NCBI GenBank assembly: GCA_036338695.1
Contig: JAYZBQ010000065.1
Coordinates: forward strand, 1 to 31,188
Direction of reading: 5' to 3'
DNA: 31,188 nucleotides
From: Myxococcota bacterium
GTDB taxonomy: Bacteria; Myxococcota; UBA4151
This document shows positions 8,250-15,199 of this stretch, one piece after another. Numbering within the stretch: position 1 is the first letter of the stretch; each line of letters opens with the position of its first letter. Position numbers and translations under genes: made by a program. The notes below the pieces were generated by a model. That model had not been told where the DNA came from and did not search any database. It saw only the letters and a list, made by a program, of their open reading frames with translations.

Positions 8250-9611
8250 ATGAGCAATCGCGTGTACGAAGGCATCTTGGATATGTTCTCGGACGAAGAG
8301 AACCCGACGCCGATGGTGCGGCTGCAGCGGGTTCACACGTTGCAACACACCAAGGTCTACGCCAAGCTCGAGTGGTACAATCCGTTCGGCGCCATCAAGG
8401 ATCGCGTCGCCGCCAACTTGCTGCGCGACGGCGAGGCGAGAGGTCTGGTTAAGGCTGAGCAGCGTTTGGTCGAGCCGACGAGCGGCAACACGGGTATGGG
8501 TTTGGCGATGCTCGCCAACCTCAAGGGCTACGAACTCACCACCCCGCTCTCGACCGAGATACCGGCAGAGAAGCGCGTCATGCTCAAGTTCGCCGGCGCC
8601 AAAGTCGAGGAGCTCGAGGACACCTTGTGCCCTGCGCCTGGCGCACCCGAGGGTGCGATCGCCCGCGCTATGGACCTGGCTGAGCGCCCCGACTTTCACA
8701 TGCTCAACCAGTACCAAAACGAGGCGAACTTTGAGGCGCATATGCGCACCACCGGCCCCGAGATCTGGCGGCAGACCCAAGGGCGGATCACCCACTTCGT
8801 GTCCGCCATGGGCACCTGCGGTACGCTCACCGGCAACGGTCGCTTTCTCAAAGGGAAGAACCCGAGCGTGCGGGTGATCGGCGCCCACCCCAACGAGGGG
8901 CATGATATCCCAGGGGTTCGCTCGCTCCGGCAGCTGCAGCAGACGCAGCTTTTTCGCCCGGAGGAGTACGACGAGCTGATCGAGATACACAACGACGAGG
9001 CGTACGCCATGTGTCTGCGACTCAACCGAGAAGAGGGGATTATTGCGGGACCGAGCGCGGCGCTCGGTCTGCTCGGTGCGCTCGCTCGCGTCGAGGACAA
9101 GCCCGGGAACGTGGTGGTGGTGATCTTTGCCGACAACATCTATAAATATGCCTCCTCTTTTGAGCGGCATTTCCCCGAGTTTCGCGTCGCCGGTTCCCCC
9201 TCGCAGGCGGTTGAGCCGCCGCCATCGGCGCGCTACTTTGAGCAGATGATTCAGCACAGCAAAGGGGAGCACGCGACCCTAGAGCTTGAGGCGCTGCGGG
9301 AGCGGCTCGAGGCGGGTGAGACCCCGTGCATCGTTGACGTGCGCCCGCCCGAGGTCTTCGCACGTGGGCACTTGCCTGGGGCGATCAACGTCCCGCTCTC
9401 GGCGATGGAGCGCGTGGATGAGCGGCTGCCGGCGGATAAGCGCCAGCCCATCGTGACCGTCTGCAACCGCGGCGTGATGTCCTTGTCGGGGCGCCTGCTG
9501 CTGCGCTCGATGGGGTACGATCGGGTGGAGAGCCTGAACGGCGGAACCCTCGGATGGCAGGAGCTCGGCTGGGCAACAAACAGCGTTGACAGTTCGGGCG
9601 CTGGCTCCTAG
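8250..9611 (+). CDS. PLP-dependent cysteine synthase family protein fused to a C-terminal rhodanese domain (453 aa)
   Basis: AKLEWYNPFGAIKDR (PLP lysine), EPTSGNTG, TTGPEI, MGTCGT; rhodanese motifs IVDVR...GHLPGAINVP...VCNRGVMS...SLNGG..GW. Confidence 0.92.
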   Translation: MSNRVYEGILDMFSDEENPTPMVRLQRVHTLQHTKVYAKLEWYNPFGAIKDRVAANLLRDGEARGLVKAEQRLVEPTSGNTGMGLAMLANLKGYELTTPLSTEIPAEKRVMLKFAGAKVEELEDTLCPAPGAPEGAIARAMDLAERPDFHMLNQYQNEANFEAHMRTTGPEIWRQTQGRITHFVSAMGTCGTLTGNGRFLKGKNPSVRVIGAHPNEGHDIPGVRSLRQLQQTQLFRPEEYDELIEIHNDEAYAMCLRLNREEGIIAGPSAALGLLGALARVEDKPGNVVVVIFADNIYKYASSFERHFPEFRVAGSPSQAVEPPPSARYFEQMIQHSKGEHATLELEALRERLEAGETPCIVDVRPPEVFARGHLPGAINVPLSAMERVDERLPADKRQPIVTVCNRGVMSLSGRLLLRSMGYDRVESLNGGTLGWQELGWATNSVDSSGAGS

Positions 9612-9626
9612 CAGGGTACGCACGAG

Positions 9627-9703
9627 GCGGGTGTAGCTCAGCTGGATAGAGTACCAGGCTTCGAACCTGTTGGTCGGGGGTTCGAATCCCTCCTCCCGCG
9701 CCA
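9627..9703 (+). tRNA. tRNA-Arg (anticodon TCG)
   Basis: 77-nt cloverleaf: D arm GCTC-AGCTGGATA-GAGT with A20, anticodon loop CT-TCG-AA, T arm GGGGG-TTCGAAT-CCCTC, encoded CCA at 9701-9703. Confidence 0.95.
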
Positions 9704-9738
9704 AGGCAGCCAGTTTCCTGGCTGCCTTGTTTCTTTTT
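9702..9738 (+). terminator. Rho-independent terminator after the tRNA
   Basis: Stem CAAGGCAGCCAG / CTGGCTGCCTTG with a TTTC loop, followed by TTTCTTTTT. Confidence 0.88.
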
Positions 9739-9947
9739 GCGCGCGCCAGAGCGTTCTCTCGACAGTTCGTCACGAAGTCGTCAGACTGAAGATCAAGGGC
9801 GTGAGCCGATGATGATCCGCACGGTGTCGACGGGGTGCGTACTTGTTTTGGCGATGTTGAGCGCACGCAGTCTAGTACGCCAAATCAACAGCGCCTTCCG
9901 CGTCTTGGTCAAGTGAGTAAGCCGTCGCCTTTGCAGCACCCGCTGCG

Positions 9948-11444
9948 CTAGCCGCCGAGTAAGGCGCCCAGCACGATCAGGCTAAGCCCCGTGGCGCCTG
10001 CCCAGCTGATGCTGCCGCTGACGCCGGCGTACGGACCGAGGCGCTCGGAGGCGCCGATAAAGGTTGAGACCTTAGTGGTCGCGCCCATGTCATGCTCTTC
10101 AAAAGGGATGAGATAGATTGAAGCGCCCGCCTCAAAGCCCGGGTCATGATTGAGCGTCAGGCGACCAAAGACGCTCAACGACGAGAACTCCTCGGCGCTT
10201 GCGAAGTAATGCTCATAGCCGAGCATCCAGGTCGCTATCGGTTCGCCTTGCTCGTTCCGGATCAGCTGTTGGTCGGAGCCGATCTGGGCGGCGACGCCGA
10301 CGTGAACCGCCGGCAGGTTCATGCCCGGTAACCCCTCAGGCTGGAACCAAAGCATCGGTTGGACGGCATGCTCATCGTCGCCGAAGTTCAGCGAGCGCAG
10401 GGTGCCGTACAAGAAGGAGACGTTCTCGTTCACGCGCTCAGCCTTTGACTGATAGCGCTTAGGTGCAGGCTTCGCTCGGAGCCGGCGGTCGGGCTTGAGG
10501 CGCACTCGAACCCGAGTGGTTTGACCCGCTCGCACCCTCTTGGAGAGCCGCTGGCTGTAGTAACCCGGGTTGCTGATCGTTAGGCGATAGGTCCCGCTTG
10601 GCGCCGAGCGGATCGCCATCGGTAGCCCTTGGACGGTGCGCATGGGACCGGACACCTCCACCTTGGACCCTTTGGGCGTGCCCTCAACGACGAGATGCCC
10701 TGGCGGAAGCAGCGTGATGTTGAGGGAGTTCGTCTGGTCTGCGCGGACCTGAAAGGTGCCCTTTTGAGTCTCAAAGCCCTCACGCACCGCTTGCCAGCGG
10801 TACCGCCCCGGGGGCAGCTGCTCGGTGCGCGGCTTGAGCCCGTCGCTGCGCCATGTCCAGCGTTTTCGCCCCTGGATCGAGACCTGCGTGTGGCGCGGCT
10901 TGACCATCATATTGACCCAGCCGAAGGCTTGACGGATGGCGCTGCCTCGAACCTGCGGGCGGCTCGGAGCCGCTGCCCGTGGCGCAGGCTCAGCGGGGCG
11001 CTCGCCGATGAGTTGACCGACCGCAGCGGGGAGGTCGTCGAGCAGCATCTCGAGCGCGCCCGCTTGAAGGGAGGCCGTGTTGACCGCCTTGCCCAGCTCG
11101 ATGTCGATGAGCTTGAGTAAGAGGACATAGCGGCTGCCAAAGCGGCTGAACTTTCCGGTGATCAAGAACCGGGCTCCCAGCGCACCCCCGAGCTCTGCGA
11201 TGCAGCTCGCCTCGCTGCAGCCCCCCGAGAGCTGGCGCCTAAGCTCCTCGTCGATGTGTCGCTGCTCTTCCGGGGTGACCAGCGTAAACCGAGCCGATTG
11301 CCCGACCTGGATACGGATCATCTCGGTGAGTGTCGTGGCGTCACTTTCACGGGTCTGGACGCGCTCGAGCGGCGCAACGACCAAGGTCGCGCCGGCGGGT
11401 GCGGCGAGCAGGAGGCTCTGTGTAAGCGCAGCGATGGCGAGCAT
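9948..11444 (-). CDS. PEGA-domain exported protein with the same N-terminal domain as 7031..8053
   Basis: Signal peptide; GCSEASCIAELGGALGA domain; two PEGA-like units (LPPGRYRWQAVREGFE; GTP.G..V...P....APSGTYRLTISNPGY); hydrophobic C-terminus. Confidence 0.8.
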   Translation of the reverse strand: MLAIAALTQSLLLAAPAGATLVVAPLERVQTRESDATTLTEMIRIQVGQSARFTLVTPEEQRHIDEELRRQLSGGCSEASCIAELGGALGARFLITGKFSRFGSRYVLLLKLIDIELGKAVNTASLQAGALEMLLDDLPAAVGQLIGERPAEPAPRAAAPSRPQVRGSAIRQAFGWVNMMVKPRHTQVSIQGRKRWTWRSDGLKPRTEQLPPGRYRWQAVREGFETQKGTFQVRADQTNSLNITLLPPGHLVVEGTPKGSKVEVSGPMRTVQGLPMAIRSAPSGTYRLTISNPGYYSQRLSKRVRAGQTTRVRVRLKPDRRLRAKPAPKRYQSKAERVNENVSFLYGTLRSLNFGDDEHAVQPMLWFQPEGLPGMNLPAVHVGVAAQIGSDQQLIRNEQGEPIATWMLGYEHYFASAEEFSSLSVFGRLTLNHDPGFEAGASIYLIPFEEHDMGATTKVSTFIGASERLGPYAGVSGSISWAGATGLSLIVLGALLGG

Positions 11445-11630
11445 GAGCTGGTCGGATCTCCCGGGAGTCTATGGCTTGGCGGAAGCCTCAGGACAAGGGC
11501 ACGGTCCATGGGTTGGCTGGAGCGCAAAAAACGACAAGGCTCCCCACGATGGGAGGCGCTTGCCATGACGACGGTTGTGCTGGTTAGCCGCGGTCGCCGA
11601 TCGCAACCTCTTGTTTTCCTGTCGGCAACG

Positions 11631-11859
11631 CGTCGCGCCGGTCTCACCTTTGCAAAGAGTCGGCGCCGATCACCTCAGCGGCGTCGAGCGTGCCTTTGCC
11701 ATCGGTGTCCTTGCCGGTCGCGGCCTCCAATCCGCCTGCAGCGCAGTTCTCGCCAGCCGCCTCGGCGGCGATGGCGCTCAGCGTCAACACGGGCGGTTCC
11801 GCCGCACAGCCGAGGTTGAGCCACGTGATCATGAGGGTTAGTAGGGAGAGATTTTTCAT
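11631..11859 (-). pseudogene. Frameshifted, truncated lipoprotein remnant (DUF7151-like motif)
   Basis: AAGAGG RBS, MKN...LNLG-C lipobox, EAAGENCAAGG...G.D.DG.G.LDAAEV. The expected continuation LCKGETGAT lies in a shifted frame from about 11658. Confidence 0.55.
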
Positions 11860-12070
11860 CGCAAGTGCCTCTTTCGGGAGGGCGGTTGTGCGGCGCCCGG
11901 AGCCCCAGGAATCAAATGGCGCCAGCGCGAAGCGGATTTTGTTGCGATGAACCGGGTTCGAGTTCGAGCAGACGCCTCTCTACGAGCGAGTCGTGCACGC
12001 GGTCGCGCAGACCATGGTGCAGCTCGGGTATCGTCTGTCGCCCCCGAGCGGCGAGATCGTCCAGGGTGAC

Positions 12071-12099
12071 TCGACAAGGCGCACACAAGCGGCCATTTT
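12071..12099 (+). promoter_or_regulatory. Candidate sigma70-like promoter of repeat lipoprotein A
   Basis: TCGACA-N17-CATTTT, with the same layout upstream of paralog D. Confidence 0.45.
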
Positions 12100-12124
12100 G
12101 AGCGCCTTACTGCGGGAGGCGCAC

Positions 12125-15100
12125 ATGGTTCGATTCAGGTTGTGGCGTTGGGCGGGTTCGCTCGCAGTGGTTTTGAGTTTGTCCTGCGGCGACCAAGTGG
12201 TCGTCCGGGAGACCCAGGCAGAGTGTGGCAATGGCACCGTCGACAGCGATGAGCAGTGCGATGATGGCAACACCGAGCCAGGCGATGGCTGCACCGACGG
12301 CTGCCGGCTTGCGCTCTGCGGTGACGGCATCATGCGCACCGACCTGGACCCGGGCGATGAAGGGTATGAAGGCTGTGATGACGGCAACGATGAAGACACC
12401 GACGCGTGCCTAAACACCTGCCGAGTCGCCGCCTGCGGCGATGGTGTTGCGCGCAACGATGTGGGCGAGGGTGAGCCGGGTTTTGAAGCCTGCGATGACG
12501 GCAACGACAGCGACCTTGATGGCTGCCTTGTGAACTGCGTGGCGGCTCGCTGCGGCGACGGCTTGCAGCGCCAGGACCTCGCCGAGGGTGACCCGGGCTT
12601 TGAGGCTTGCGACGATGGGAACGAGGACGACACGGACGCTTGCTTGAGCAGCTGCGTCCTGGCGAGCTGCGGTGATGGGATCGTCGGTCCTGGCGAGGGT
12701 TGCGATGACGGCAACGATGACCCGACGGATGGTTGCAACAACTGCGTCCCGTCGTCCTGCGGTGACGGCGTCGTGCAAGCAGGTGAGATCTGCGACGACG
12801 GCAACCAGGAGGACAGCGACGGGTGCCTAAGCTCTTGCGCGCCGGCGCGCTGCGGTGATGGGCTCGTGCGCACCGACTTGGCGGTCGGAGCGCCTGGCTA
12901 TGAAGCATGCGATGACGGCAACGCCGACCCAGCCGACGCCTGCACGGCGACCTGCGAGCTGGCGCGCTGTGGGGACAGGATTTTGCGGCGCGATCTCCAG
13001 CCCGAAGAGCAGGGCTTTGAGGAGTGCGACGACGGCAACGTTGAGTCGGGCGATGGCTGCTCGGTGACCTGCGGGCTCGAGCGCTGTGGTAACGGCAGGA
13101 TCGACCAGGGCGAGCTCTGCGACGACGGTAACGCCGTTGATACGGATGGATGCACCTCCGCCTGCCAGCCGGCGCGCTGCGGTGATGGGATCCGGCGCAA
13201 CGACCTCGAGCCGGGCGCCGACGCCTTTGAGGCTTGCGATGATGGCAACCGAGAATCGGGCGACGGCTGCTCCTCAGTCTGCGGCCTTGAGCGATGCGGT
13301 AACGGTCAGGTGGATGCGGGTGAGCAGTGTGATGACGGCAACCGCGTGGACGCAGACGCCTGCACGAACGGCTGCTTGAACGCTCGCTGCGGCGACAACA
13401 TCCTGTGGGCTCAAGCTGAGCAATGCGACGACGGCAACCAAGACCCAACCGACGCGTGCCTGAACGACTGCCGCCTCGCGCGTTGCGGTGACGGTCAGAT
13501 CTGGGCTGGGCGAGAAGCTTGCGACGACGGGAACCAAGACGACACCGACGGCTGCCGCAACGACTGCACCGAGGTGCGCTGCGGTGACGGCGTGGTCGCG
13601 CAGGGGCTCGAGGCATGTGATGACGGCAACCAAGATGACACGGACGCCTGCCGCAACAACTGCGAGCTGGCGCGCTGCGGCGACGGCGTCGTGCGCGCCG
13701 GGGTCGAAGGATGCGATGATGGCAACGAGGTCGACACCGACGCGTGCCTCAACCGCTGCGCGCTCGCCACCTGCGGCGACGGCGTCATCCGAGCCGGCGT
13801 CGAGGCCTGTGATGACGGCAACCGAGAGGACGCCGATGCGTGCCTCAACACATGCGCTTTAGCGACCTGCGGCGACGGGCGCCGCCGTCGTGACCTCCAA
13901 GAGGGGGATCAAGGCTTTGAGCAATGCGACGACGGCAACGCGGTCGACACCGACGGGTGCCGCAACAACTGCCTCGCAGCGCGCTGCGGAGATTCGGTGG
14001 TGCGCGCCGGGGTGGAGGACTGCGACGACGGCAACGAGGTGCAGACCGATGCGTGCCTGAACAGCTGCCGGTTCGCTCGCTGCGGCGACGGCGTGGTCGA
14101 GGAGAACGTCGAGGCTTGTGATGACGGAAACCGATTTGAGACGGACGCGTGTCGAAACAACTGCCAGCCCGCCCGCTGCGGCGATGGGGTCGTGTACGAA
14201 GGGGTCGAGGCCTGCGACGATGGCAACGGCGCTCAGACGGACGCTTGCCTCACCAATTGCGTCGCGGCACGCTGCGGCGATGGTGTGGTGCACGCGGGCG
14301 TCGAGGCTTGCGATGACGGCAACCAAGTTCAGACGGATGGCTGCCTGAATGACTGCGTGGCGGCGCGCTGCGGTGACGGGGTTGTTGAAGCGGGCGAAGA
14401 GGCTTGCGATGACGGCAACAACAACAACGATGACCAGTGCCAGAACGACTGCACCCAAACGCCCTCGGGTTCGACGCAGGATCGCGCCGCCCGGTCGTGC
14501 AAGGCGATCCTCGACGCCGGCGCATCGACCGGGAGCAAAGCCTACTGGATCGACCCGAACGGTGGCGGCACCGACGATGCGTTTCAGACCTGGTGCGACA
14601 TGACCACCCGCGGCGGCGGCTGGACCTTGATGGCGAAGCTCACCAACGCAGACGGCAGCAACTGGCACGCCCACTCAGCGCGCTGGGTTGATACGTCGAC
14701 CTTCGGCACGATGACCAACCTGAGCAATGCGGATGGGAAGAGCCAGGCGTACAATAGCTTGGCGGTGCGCGAGGTGATGGTGACCTCGTCCAACAACGCC
14801 AACCAGGTGGTGAGCGTCGGCAATTGCCTCAACGACTGGACCTTTCGGACCCTGTTTCGCCGGAACTCCGAGGAGGGCAACTGCGCGCACTCCTGCGGCA
14901 CCGTGGCGCGGGTGGGGCGCTGGCAAGGTCAAGCTCGTCAAGATGGGACCTTGCGCTTTCGCTGCCGTGATCGCGACGGGGTGACCTCGGCGCATGGTTT
15001 TACCGTGACGAACGGAGACAACAGCTTCGTCACGACCATGAGTCACGATGGCGGCAACCGGGACTACAACTTCGGGCTCGGCGCCGGTGAGGGCGGGAAC

Positions 15101-15181
15101 AACACCTGCGACTGGGACAACGACACCTCCGATGGTTCGAACAGCGGGGACAACGCGCTGCAGCTGTTCTACGGCCGCTAG
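12125..15181 (+). CDS. Repeat lipoprotein A (1018 aa): 22 DUF4215-type Cys-rich repeats + fibrinogen/intelectin-like tip
   Basis: GGGAGG RBS before ATG 12125; lipobox LSLS-C21; tip RSCKAI...YWIDPNG...[15 protein letters not shown]. Confidence 0.9.
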   Translation: MVRFRLWRWAGSLAVVLSLSCGDQVVVRETQAECGNGTVDSDEQCDDGNTEPGDGCTDGCRLALCGDGIMRTDLDPGDEGYEGCDDGNDEDTDACLNTCRVAACGDGVARNDVGEGEPGFEACDDGNDSDLDGCLVNCVAARCGDGLQRQDLAEGDPGFEACDDGNEDDTDACLSSCVLASCGDGIVGPGEGCDDGNDDPTDGCNNCVPSSCGDGVVQAGEICDDGNQEDSDGCLSSCAPARCGDGLVRTDLAVGAPGYEACDDGNADPADACTATCELARCGDRILRRDLQPEEQGFEECDDGNVESGDGCSVTCGLERCGNGRIDQGELCDDGNAVDTDGCTSACQPARCGDGIRRNDLEPGADAFEACDDGNRESGDGCSSVCGLERCGNGQVDAGEQCDDGNRVDADACTNGCLNARCGDNILWAQAEQCDDGNQDPTDACLNDCRLARCGDGQIWAGREACDDGNQDDTDGCRNDCTEVRCGDGVVAQGLEACDDGNQDDTDACRNNCELARCGDGVVRAGVEGCDDGNEVDTDACLNRCALATCGDGVIRAGVEACDDGNREDADACLNTCALATCGDGRRRRDLQEGDQGFEQCDDGNAVDTDGCRNNCLAARCGDSVVRAGVEDCDDGNEVQTDACLNSCRFARCGDGVVEENVEACDDGNRFETDACRNNCQPARCGDGVVYEGVEACDDGNGAQTDACLTNCVAARCGDGVVHAGVEACDDGNQVQTDGCLNDCVAARCGDGVVEAGEEACDDGNNNNDDQCQNDCTQTPSGSTQDRAARSCKAILDAGASTGSKAYWIDPNGGGTDDAFQTWCDMTTRGGGWTLMAKLTNADGSNWHAHSARWVDTSTFGTMTNLSNADGKSQAYNSLAVREVMVTSSNNANQVVSVGNCLNDWTFRTLFRRNSEEGNCAHSCGTVARVGRWQGQARQDGTLRFRCRDRDGVTSAHGFTVTNGDNSFVTTMSHDGGNRDYNFGLGAGEGGNNTCDWDNDTSDGSNSGDNALQLFYGR
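12224..14452 (+). repeat. 22 tandem 30-39 aa Cys-rich repeats (CG[DN]G...E.CDDGN...D.C...C)
   Basis: Counted by hand from the translation. Confidence 0.9.
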
Positions 15182-15199
15182 CCCTGAGGAGACCATACG

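Noticed and set aside
8187..9272. 361-aa minus-strand ORF
   Set aside because: Antisense to the well-supported cysteine synthase; no motifs of its own.
9809..9916. 35-codon ORF MMIRTVSTGCVLVLAMLSARS..., like a signal peptide with Cys changed to Arg
   Set aside because: Too short, weak RBS and no recognisable mature region; cannot be distinguished from chance.
9660..9950. tRNA as an integration site for an island
   Set aside because: No integrase and no duplicated tRNA 3' end seen in the window; the terminator is intact.
11993..12124. Upstream start extensions in the ORF track (also 1892, 8220, 19642, 20674, 21170, 23641, 27194)
   Set aside because: Downstream ATGs fit better with RBS position, signal-peptide placement or family N-termini; the extensions overlap promoter-like or neighbouring sequence.
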